Of a stretch of DNA of 64,000 nucleotides, positions 41,004 through 49,620 are shown one piece after another. The notes beneath the pieces are model-generated. The model did no database searches. It saw only the letters and a list, made by a program, of their open reading frames with translations, and had not been told where the DNA came from. Position 1 is the first letter of the stretch. Each line of letters begins with the position of its first letter. The translations under genes and the position numbers were made by a program. Origin of the DNA: Limisphaerales bacterium (lineage in GTDB: Bacteria > Verrucomicrobiota > Verrucomicrobiia > Limisphaerales > JAJOIW01); contig CBFHOE010000009.1 of the NCBI GenBank assembly GCA_965657355.1, forward strand, positions 1 to 64,000, written 5' to 3'.

Positions 41004-41801
41004 CTATTTGGGTTTGGTAGAACCCCTCTGATAGCCATCCCCTAATAATTTTACTAAGGTTGGTTCCACGGCTTGTATCCACGCTTTTGTTCCTGCGGGA
41101 CTGGGATGCAATAAGTCCCACATCAGTTCGGTGTTGATAGTACCGTCCGCCTCAAGGAATATGTGGTTAAGATCAAGCCAAAAAACATGTTGTCCGTCGG
41201 CCAAATTAGCAGTCAATTCACCAGCCCGGTGCGCAGTCTTAATGCATTGAGGAGATGAATTAAATGCAGGAGGGCTCACACCTTTTTGATCGTCTCCACC
41301 TCTTGGAAAAATACGCAAAACTAAGATTTTCGTTGTGGGGTGACGCTGACGAACCAGCTCAACAATAGCTTTCGTGCCCTCGAATACCTGCTCAGCAGTA
41401 TGAACGTGTTTAAATCGGCGGTCATCTGTATTGTTAGTGCCGATCAATAACGTCACAACTTTTGGAGATTTGGTAAATTCAAGCTGTCCATTATGCAGAT
41501 TCCACAGAATATTCTCGGTGCGTTGGCCATCCATTCCAAGGTTAATTGCATTTAGGGGTTTCAAAAACCGGTTCCAGACTTCCTTATTGGGCGAATATTT
41601 TCCATCGAGTTCGCCTATCGAATGGATGATGGAGTCGCCGATTAAAACCAGATCAAAGTTACCCGATTTCACCTGTTTAACTTTTTCCTCGTGACGAGAA
41701 GTGACGGCACGAGTTGGGTAATTTGCATCACCTAACATAGGCTCTGCAGTGACAAAAAAAACCATAGCAAGGTTGATCACAACAAACATACTGTATTTCA
41801 T
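41004..41801 (-). CDS. SGNH/GDSL acetylhydrolase (likely start ATG 41801)
   Basis: LIGDSI, GMDGQRTEN, IGTNN and DLLHP blocks; a signal peptide follows MKYSM. Confidence 0.88.
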   Translation of the reverse strand: MKYSMFVVINLAMVFFVTAEPMLGDANYPTRAVTSRHEEKVKQVKSGNFDLVLIGDSIIHSIGELDGKYSPNKEVWNRFLKPLNAINLGMDGQRTENILWNLHNGQLEFTKSPKVVTLLIGTNNTDDRRFKHVHTAEQVFEGTKAIVELVRQRHPTTKILVLRIFPRGGDDQKGVSPPAFNSSPQCIKTAHRAGELTANLADGQHVFWLDLNHIFLEADGTINTELMWDLLHPSPAGTKAWIQAVEPTLVKLLGDGYQRGSTKPK

Positions 41802-42090
41802 AGTTCTGTGCATAATTATGATTTGGAATAAACATTTTGCGATAGAATATGATATTTCATATTTTCCCGGGGAATTGATAGACATGATGAGCCAAATTAC
41901 ACGATGGGGTCAAACCTTAGTCGTGAAATAAATAATCAAGATATTTTAAAATCAAAAGCAAATAAAAGACGTGAAATTTAAAATCATACTCAGCCCTGTA
42001 ATATTGCGAATTAAAGAATGGAAGATGACTTTGGATCTACATACGATCGGCATCACTCGCACCCATGAGTTATCGGCAAAACTTCATCTA

Positions 42091-43110
42091 CTAAGGTAAA
42101 TTACATATTCCAAACTCTTTTATCTTATGTTCGTTAATAAATTTTTTTACTCTTTGGGTAGAGGTCTCATTGGATATTTGGGAAACTCCTTTTATTTGTT
42201 TAAGCTGCGATAAATCAATACCCGCTATGTATAAAAAATCTTTAGGTTCTTGATCAAAGATGAATTTTTGAGGTAAACCGTCCGGAGGTTTAGTGATAAC
42301 AGCACCAGCGATACGTTGGCCTTCTGCATTATTTATTCCAGAAATCGGACCGACAAAACTATTTGGAAAAAGAGACTTATTTATAAAGCCAAGAGAAATT
42401 ATCTTTTCGATAAAACGATTTGCTTTTTGCTGATCATTTTCGCGAGTTTCGTAAATAAATTCAAAAGACTCGTGACTTGCAACCGAATAAAAACACGTCA
42501 CATACACCCAATTCCTCATTCCATTTCCTTCACCTGGCGCAAACCCTAATGTGTATGGCCCAAGAAAATGACCATAAAAAGTAAGAGATTCGATTTTTAT
42601 TTCAGCTGCTTTCCCAAAAGCCGATTCAATAAAGTTCGCATTTTTTTGTGCCCGTTTTTTACCTTCTAGACTAAAAGAAAATGTTTTTCTAATGGGGCAG
42701 ATTTGACTGGAAGCTTTTTCATTTTTTGAAAAAAACTTATCCAGAGCATCTTTCAATCGCCATACCATACAAAAAGAAAAGGCAACAAAAGCAAAACTCA
42801 CTAATTTGAAGTGGGAATACCCATAATGAATCCAAAAATAAACAAGGAATGAAGTCAGCGTTAGCGAAATTAAAAGTTGTAACAGATAAGTATAACGCCA
42901 TATCTTCCACAGGCCAATAATCGACAGGAGTTGTATTAGAAAAACAATTACCCCGGGAATCGTAACAATCTTAAATTCAATAAATACCAAGCAGGCACAT
43001 GCTACCAAACCAGCAGAAACTAACATTGTGAGAAGGAACTCGCGCAACTCTCCATTCAACCTGCCATGTTGGATGATTCTAAACATTAGCAATATGGTTT
43101 TAAAAACCAT
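42091..43110 (-). CDS. Membrane protein (about 4 TM) with a C-terminal Suppressor-of-fused (SUFU)-like domain
   Basis: Four hydrophobic segments, then the pattern WVYVT..YS...FEF and P..LPQKF...FLYIAGIDLSQL, which resembles bacterial SUFU domains. Confidence 0.55.
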   Translation of the reverse strand: MVFKTILLMFRIIQHGRLNGELREFLLTMLVSAGLVACACLVFIEFKIVTIPGVIVFLIQLLSIIGLWKIWRYTYLLQLLISLTLTSFLVYFWIHYGYSHFKLVSFAFVAFSFCMVWRLKDALDKFFSKNEKASSQICPIRKTFSFSLEGKKRAQKNANFIESAFGKAAEIKIESLTFYGHFLGPYTLGFAPGEGNGMRNWVYVTCFYSVASHESFEFIYETRENDQQKANRFIEKIISLGFINKSLFPNSFVGPISGINNAEGQRIAGAVITKPPDGLPQKFIFDQEPKDFLYIAGIDLSQLKQIKGVSQISNETSTQRVKKFINEHKIKEFGICNLP

Positions 43111-43127
43111 GCATACGAATATATGGC

Positions 43128-46100
43128 TTATATACCGCCCAAATGAAATAGATAAGCAAAAAGATCAGCGAGCTGGTCATTAGGCAATGATTTTGCGGTG
43201 GCTGGCATCAAGCTCCCAAGGTTTACAACAGAGTCCACATTGTCCCTTGCAATGGTCATTTGTGAGTCCTGAGCAATTTCTCGAATGACGATGACGTCCG
43301 AATTCCTTGAGGCCTGCTCATATCCTTGAACTATTCGACCTGATTTTAAGGTTACCGAGGAAAGGGTGTATCCTTCTTTCACATGTAAGGAAGGCCACAT
43401 CACTTCTGTCACAATTCTTTCTTTAGGAATAACACTGCCAGCTTGGGATAGGTCTGGCCCAAGCACTCCTCCATGGTTGCCCACTTTATGACATGAACTA
43501 CACCCTGCTTTGGCAGAGCGAAATACCATCTCCCCAGGTTTAACTGATCCTTTCTTGGCAAGTTTAGCATACCTTTTGACAGCTTTTGATGAGTACTTTA
43601 ACTCACCGATGTTTACGCCAGATAAATTGTCTAACAACTCCTGGATGACTTTATCCTTCAGAGACGATGAAAACCATGCATTTCGAAGAATTTCTCTTTT
43701 CTTTTGGCTAAGTTCTGGCCCTATTCCATTGAGAAGCCGTATAAATTCCTTTCTGGTCATTTCAGATCCAAGAAAGACTTTGTAAAGAAATTGAGCGGAT
43801 TGGTTATCCAATTGAGATTTGAGAAATTTACCAGTGAAATGAGAGGCAACTTTTACATCCTGATAAATAAGACCTTCAATAGCGCTTAAATATAATTTTC
43901 TATTATTACCATGTTTATGTAAAAAGGATTGATAGAAATCGACTATATTGTCACCGCCTATTTTTCCAATATTTTGAAGCGCCATAGCGCGTGTATCTAT
44001 AGGTAACTCTGTGGAGACGGCGTGTTTTTGCAGTAATGCGCTGGTTCCGGGCAAACGCCAAGCCCCAGCAAGTTGTATAGCTGAATTTTTAATTGAGTGG
44101 TCTTGACTTTTGAGCCACTGGCTTACGCTGTGGTGGACCTCAAAGTCAGGCTTATTAAGCTTAATCAATGATTGGATATTATCTGAGTCAAAATTTTGAG
44201 ATTCAAAAGCCCATTTTATATCCCGGGAATCACCGATTGATAGGAGAACTGAAATTAATCGACTTCGCCTTCTATGGCTCAATTGCGAAGATGCTAAAAT
44301 TTGCTTTAAATTACTCGACACATTTTTTTCTCCAGCAATAGCTAGTATTGCAGAAATTTCTCGCCCACCCTGGGGTAAGGTAAGATTACCATTTATAAAG
44401 GAAGGCAACCAATATGGTTTGAGAAAGTGGGTTGCCTGAATTGCAGCATACTCGACCCACTTATCGTCGGGCGCCTCATTCAGGGCTCTGGCAACAACTA
44501 AAATAGATTCCGCATTTGGTATTTTTGAAGCGGAGAGAATAGACTCCATTTTTACCAATGGATGTCCATCACTGGCGGCAGCCATTAATAAATTAATGCT
44601 GTCAGATATTTCATCATACCACTGGCCAATCATTCGCGCACCGTAGGCTCTCACCCTATGATCACCCGACTGCATCATTTTATATATAAGATCCTTATTT
44701 GCTAGCTGAAGCATATCTACCAGAGAAGCAAGCTCAATTAAGTCACGCCCTTCATATTTAAAAACAAAGCTAGGAATACTTTGCAAATTACGAGATGAAA
44801 GAACCTGCTTAGCTTTAAAACGAATCCATCGATTATCGGATTTTAAGGACTCAAAAAGCCTCTTATTCCCCCATCTATAAAGGTCACTTTTACCATGATT
44901 CCCATTAACTTTCGAAACTCTCCAAATTCTACCATGTGTCATATCTCTATTGGGGTGACGATAAAAATCGTCCTGATGACATGTAATGGGATTATACCAA
45001 TCGACAACATAAACAGCACCGTCAGGACCCAGCTTTACATCAACAGGTCTGAAATTTCTGTGGGAAGACTTAATGAGTGGTTCTTTCCAGACCACTCGAT
45101 AACCTGCTCCCTCCTCTTCGAGGTGAAAACGACTGATTTGATTTTTCTTGTAGTCCCCAATGACCAAATCCCCTTGCATCGAGTCCGGCAGGGACGTTGA
45201 TCCAATGACATCGATACCGCAATACCCACCGGGTTTGCCTATACGGGGCAACTTTAATTTATGCTTCACTGGAATAGAACCAGGCGTCAGAAATGAAACC
45301 CCGCCAGCTCCATCGATAACAAAGCTCTGACCGTAGTCATTAAATGCGACGCCCCAAGGATTTCCTGGTCCCATAAAATCATCAAGTAATCCATCTAATT
45401 TTAAGGTATCTGGACTCAATCGGAATACACCTGCTTGAAAAAGTGATGAAATCCCATGTGGCGTCTCAACACGAGATTCGATGCCGTCCCCTTGGCAAAA
45501 CAATAAATCTCCGCAGGGGCTCCAAGCAAAGGAATTAATAGTCTGATGAGAATCTCCATTACCAAAGCCAGATAGAACCACACGATTATTACCATCCCAG
45601 TCGATGTGGATTAGTTCGGTATTCTGGCCGACGTAAACACCATCGTGCCCAACTTCCATGCCGGTTGGAATATTTAATCCATCCGCAAAAACTTCATGAC
45701 TATCAGCTATGCCATCATCATTAGAATCAACCAACCTGATAATTCGATCATTTGCTATCGCACCGGGCCTTACCTGTGGATAGGTATCAGAGCACGCGAC
45801 GTACATCCGCCCCTGGGCATCCCATCTTACAGACAACGGGTTTGCTATCCCCATGGATTCATTGGCAAATAAATTAACCTCCAATCCATCAAGAATTTTG
45901 AAGGAACTCAATTCCTCTTTGATGTTTGCCTCTCCAGACCCAGTAAGTTTGGGATTCCTAACAGGCTGCGGAATTTTCCCATTTTGAATATCATATTCTG
46001 CAGATTTAATCAGCTCTTCATACTGACTCCATTCCTGTTTAAATGAAGGCAGCCCATCTGCAGCATTAGAAAAAATTCTTTTTCTATCATCGCCAAATAA

Positions 46101-46745
46101 ACACTTCCAATTAGATGGCCGCCAATATTCATACCACAGCCTATTTTTTACCTTAACGGCTTCCACAAGCCACTCGGGTGGCACTTCACCAATTGATTCT
46201 GCAACACTGTTTTCGAGATAAGGCACCCCCATATTCTTGGCTAACTTTTTGACAGTATCTTTGTATTCCAAATAATTATTGGATGACGCATTGCTCCATG
46301 CTAATGGAGCTGGCTCCGAAATAATCACTCTGAGATCATGTTTTAATAAACCTGAAATAATTTCTTTGTAGGCATTTTTGAATTCATACATTTTTTCCAG
46401 ACCATCAAAGGATTCCATCGCACCGAATTGAGCAATGATGACGTTGGCATTTACTTTTTTTAATTGGGCCTGAAGATCACCAAATGCCTCTTTTCTCCAT
46501 CGTTCTCGAACTGTGCTTAAATGATAGACTGTATCTCCCTCCCAGGAAAAATCCCTAAATATCAAATTGTAGTCTTTAAACTTTGTATATATGGAAGCTT
46601 CCATCACGCCTTTCTTCATCTCGTTCACAATATGAGTTCCACCAAGAAAAACGATAGTGTCTCCCTTTTGAATGAGGGATTCATGACCTTGTGATTTCAA
46701 GGAAATTGTTATTATAAGAAAAAGAGATATTATAAATTGGGTCAT
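43128..46745 (-). CDS. PVC-type heme-binding CxxCH protein (degenerate SGNH + sorbosone-DH-like propeller + HEAT repeats + cytochrome c)
   Basis: IVFLGGT; LFANE...NPLSVRWDAQGRMYV; DSNDDGIAD; GDSHQ; NPWG; FRPVDVKLGPDG; DWYN...H; CSSCH...GPDLS; SLMP. Confidence 0.9.
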   Translation of the reverse strand: MTQFIISLFLIITISLKSQGHESLIQKGDTIVFLGGTHIVNEMKKGVMEASIYTKFKDYNLIFRDFSWEGDTVYHLSTVRERWRKEAFGDLQAQLKKVNANVIIAQFGAMESFDGLEKMYEFKNAYKEIISGLLKHDLRVIISEPAPLAWSNASSNNYLEYKDTVKKLAKNMGVPYLENSVAESIGEVPPEWLVEAVKVKNRLWYEYWRPSNWKCLFGDDRKRIFSNAADGLPSFKQEWSQYEELIKSAEYDIQNGKIPQPVRNPKLTGSGEANIKEELSSFKILDGLEVNLFANESMGIANPLSVRWDAQGRMYVACSDTYPQVRPGAIANDRIIRLVDSNDDGIADSHEVFADGLNIPTGMEVGHDGVYVGQNTELIHIDWDGNNRVVLSGFGNGDSHQTINSFAWSPCGDLLFCQGDGIESRVETPHGISSLFQAGVFRLSPDTLKLDGLLDDFMGPGNPWGVAFNDYGQSFVIDGAGGVSFLTPGSIPVKHKLKLPRIGKPGGYCGIDVIGSTSLPDSMQGDLVIGDYKKNQISRFHLEEEGAGYRVVWKEPLIKSSHRNFRPVDVKLGPDGAVYVVDWYNPITCHQDDFYRHPNRDMTHGRIWRVSKVNGNHGKSDLYRWGNKRLFESLKSDNRWIRFKAKQVLSSRNLQSIPSFVFKYEGRDLIELASLVDMLQLANKDLIYKMMQSGDHRVRAYGARMIGQWYDEISDSINLLMAAASDGHPLVKMESILSASKIPNAESILVVARALNEAPDDKWVEYAAIQATHFLKPYWLPSFINGNLTLPQGGREISAILAIAGEKNVSSNLKQILASSQLSHRRRSRLISVLLSIGDSRDIKWAFESQNFDSDNIQSLIKLNKPDFEVHHSVSQWLKSQDHSIKNSAIQLAGAWRLPGTSALLQKHAVSTELPIDTRAMALQNIGKIGGDNIVDFYQSFLHKHGNNRKLYLSAIEGLIYQDVKVASHFTGKFLKSQLDNQSAQFLYKVFLGSEMTRKEFIRLLNGIGPELSQKKREILRNAWFSSSLKDKVIQELLDNLSGVNIGELKYSSKAVKRYAKLAKKGSVKPGEMVFRSAKAGCSSCHKVGNHGGVLGPDLSQAGSVIPKERIVTEVMWPSLHVKEGYTLSSVTLKSGRIVQGYEQASRNSDVIVIREIAQDSQMTIARDNVDSVVNLGSLMPATAKSLPNDQLADLFAYLFHLGGI

Positions 46746-46798
46746 ATCGAAAAATTGTTAAATCTTTTTGGGCTCTCCGTGAAAAAAATCATTATGAT

Positions 46799-47518
46799 TT
46801 ATTTTTCTTTTAGAAGAATATTTTTGAAAGCGACTTCCATTTTGTCGCCGCTGTGGAGTTGAAATCCAATGAGGCCCTTATCAAGACGTTTGGCATCTTC
46901 ATTATCAATAACCTTAGATGCCATTTCGCCGTTTATTGTGAACCACATTGTATTTCCAATCGCTGTGATGTGGACATGATTCCAATCATTTTTGCTGAGA
47001 GACTCTGGCTCAAAAACTCTATCAATCGGATGTCGAATTTTGGACCCGTCATGATTAATGATCACGACCTGCCCTCTTTTCGCCAAGTAGTCACCTCTTT
47101 GGTTTTCATGAAAATCCCAAGCTCCGAGGACTTTATCGCCTATTCCTACATGCCCAATATCGGCGTGATAGCCTTGCAACCTGCTAGGCTTTCCCTCAAC
47201 CGGTATTCCCCTTACCTCTACCCCGGTATTTCCGGTATCACTTAAAAACTTATAGCTGAATTTCAATTCAAAATCGGAGAGTTGCCTTTTAAACAAAAGG
47301 TATGATTCTCTTCCCTTTCCTTTGGCTATGATCTCACCACCGTCTATACTCCAATTAGAACTTTGCCCTTCCGGCCGGCATACCCATCCATCAAATGTTT
47401 TCCCATTAAAAATTGATGTAAATTTCTCATCTCCTACTAAAGGGGTAATAAACAGAAAACAATGCAGGACGCAAAATGTTTTAATTAAGAGTTGGTTCAT
47501 GATTGAAATTAGCAACAA
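46799..47518 (-). CDS. DUF1080 (3-keto-disaccharide hydrolase/hydratase) family protein
   Basis: IFNGKTFDGW, DFELKFSYK, NTGV, GYHADI, WNHVHI and GLIGFQLH...FKNI motifs. Confidence 0.9.
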   Translation of the reverse strand: MLLISIMNQLLIKTFCVLHCFLFITPLVGDEKFTSIFNGKTFDGWVCRPEGQSSNWSIDGGEIIAKGKGRESYLLFKRQLSDFELKFSYKFLSDTGNTGVEVRGIPVEGKPSRLQGYHADIGHVGIGDKVLGAWDFHENQRGDYLAKRGQVVIINHDGSKIRHPIDRVFEPESLSKNDWNHVHITAIGNTMWFTINGEMASKVIDNEDAKRLDKGLIGFQLHSGDKMEVAFKNILLKEK

Positions 47519-47614
47519 CAGAAATGCTCAGCAAGGCTTGACTCAAACATTTATTTTATTCAGCCTCTATCTATCAGATCTAAAGAAAAGGCACTACTAA
47601 AATATCGTATATAA

Positions 47615-48367
47615 ATGATTCAATTACAAATATGCCATGACAAGAGTTTTCCATCTCTAATTCAATTTAAAAATATTCATAAATCCCTAAAATACATTTC
47701 TGGCGTTTCAATACAGTCCGAACAGTCCTCTTATGACGCCATGGTGACTAACAACCTGGCAAAGGCAATTGAATTTAATAAGCCAACACTTTACACCGGC
47801 TTAAACTTTCAGGCATGCAACGATTTGATTACCCCATCTTTAACTTTGCGCTTTCGCCCTGATATTGCAGAGATCAGAAAGAATATTGCCGATGGAGCAA
47901 TAGGAAAACCGGGCCTGGTCAGGATACATCATTGGGATGACCCAGCAGTAGCTTTCGAGACTCGCGTAGCTGTGGAATATCTAGAAATATGCTTCGAAAT
48001 TTTCGGAGCTCATCCGGTGAAATCTCATTTTATGATGAGTCATAAAATCAACAAAGTGATTCACCTTGGATTCCCATGCGGAGGAATGGGAATCATCGAC
48101 CTTGGACATAAAGGCCAAAAAAATCAGACTTATTATTCAATGACGATCATTGGGTCAGACGGCGCTATATACTCGGATGACCACAGAAATAGAAACCTCA
48201 TCTTTCATAATACAAAGTCTTTTGCCGAACCTCCAGATTTCGGAGAGGCTGAGACTTTAAATTTACTCACTGATTTCATTGGAAATATTCGAGCGATCCC
48301 CAAAAATATCGAAAGACAAAAAAACATAAGTCAAGCCATGCAGATTTTAAATCTCAATGATGAGTAA
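47615..48367 (+). CDS. Degenerate Gfo/Idh/MocA-like protein (reduced NAD-binding domain)
   Basis: RFRP...IADGAIGKPGLVRIHHW and IIGSDGAIYSDDHRN; no GxGxxG or EKP motif. Confidence 0.65.
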   Translation: MIQLQICHDKSFPSLIQFKNIHKSLKYISGVSIQSEQSSYDAMVTNNLAKAIEFNKPTLYTGLNFQACNDLITPSLTLRFRPDIAEIRKNIADGAIGKPGLVRIHHWDDPAVAFETRVAVEYLEICFEIFGAHPVKSHFMMSHKINKVIHLGFPCGGMGIIDLGHKGQKNQTYYSMTIIGSDGAIYSDDHRNRNLIFHNTKSFAEPPDFGEAETLNLLTDFIGNIRAIPKNIERQKNISQAMQILNLNDE

Positions 48368-48383
48368 TATCTTTTGACTAAAT

Positions 48384-49505
48384 ATGAATGCACCCGTGAG
48401 TAATGTGATAAGAGTGGGAATCCTCGGAATGGTTAAGCACGATTACATTCCAAATGCTTTTGCCAATCACCCCAGGTTCAAAATCGTCTGTGTCGCAGAC
48501 GATTCAGACAGGCCGCATTGGACCCACGAGAGAAATCAATCTTATGCTAGCAAATTAAATATCCCTTACTTAAAAGACCCGGAAGAAGCCTTTGTTATGT
48601 ATAGTCTTGATGCTGCGATTATATGCTCCGAAGCGGAACGCCACTGCAACTTGGCGATTCGTGCTGCCCAGGCAGGATTACATTTAGTCATAGACAAGCC
48701 ATTATCTACACATCTGGATCAGTGTGATAAGTTGATCGATGTTATTAACAAGTCGGGAGTCTGTTCACTGGTATGGAATCGGAATTTTTTACCATCGGTT
48801 TTGCAAGCGAAGTCGATCATCGAGAAAGGGGATATTGGAAGCCTCGTCTCTATTCACTGTGATTTTTATTTTGCAAAAGATGCCGGCCCGCCATTAAGGA
48901 TTGAAAATGATAACACCCAACCAATTAATTGGTTAGATAGACAATTGGAGGCTCATGCAGATGGCTCCGATGGCGGTGTCGGGATCGAGCCCATTGGAGA
49001 ATTACAGATCGAGGGTATATACCCATTGGCTTATATTCATTATTTAGCAAATGGGGCTCTGGCAGAAAAGGTTTTCACCTGTATGAAAACACATTTCCAC
49101 CAGGCGCATTTCGACAATAATGTAGATGACTTGTCGAGCATCTCTCTCCAGTATGAGGGGAATTTTACGGCAACTGTTTGCCTCGGAAGAATTGGTAATC
49201 ATGCTCACCCCGATATAGGCGAAATCAAAATCCACATCGTCGGCACTTCGGGCAGTGCTGTTATCTCGGAGGCGAGGCCTGAAATTTCCGTGTATTCCCG
49301 CAACCAGTCAAATAAGGAGTTTAAAAACATGAGAATCGCCAATGACAATGACAAGTTATTAGTTGATAACATGGCCCAAGCTATCGATAGTCATAAGGAA
49401 ACAATTTTAGACGCTTTAGATGCTCGAAACATTTGTGCAGCTATTCAGGCTGCCATTCATTCAGGGAAATCGGGCGAAATAGTCGAGGTTAATCACAGGG
49501 CTTGA
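48384..49505 (+). CDS. Gfo/Idh/MocA family oxidoreductase
   Basis: IRVGILG, DAAIICS...H, GLHLVIDKP, GDIG and IVGTSG motifs. Confidence 0.88.
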   Translation: MNAPVSNVIRVGILGMVKHDYIPNAFANHPRFKIVCVADDSDRPHWTHERNQSYASKLNIPYLKDPEEAFVMYSLDAAIICSEAERHCNLAIRAAQAGLHLVIDKPLSTHLDQCDKLIDVINKSGVCSLVWNRNFLPSVLQAKSIIEKGDIGSLVSIHCDFYFAKDAGPPLRIENDNTQPINWLDRQLEAHADGSDGGVGIEPIGELQIEGIYPLAYIHYLANGALAEKVFTCMKTHFHQAHFDNNVDDLSSISLQYEGNFTATVCLGRIGNHAHPDIGEIKIHIVGTSGSAVISEARPEISVYSRNQSNKEFKNMRIANDNDKLLVDNMAQAIDSHKETILDALDARNICAAIQAAIHSGKSGEIVEVNHRA

Positions 49506-49620
49506 TAGTTCATTGTAGGTTATTTCCAATTACACAGGTCAAATGACCCATCGATTCGATAAAAAATTGACAATTTTACCATGTCATTTTGATCTATTTT
49601 TATTAGCATTCATTCAAACC

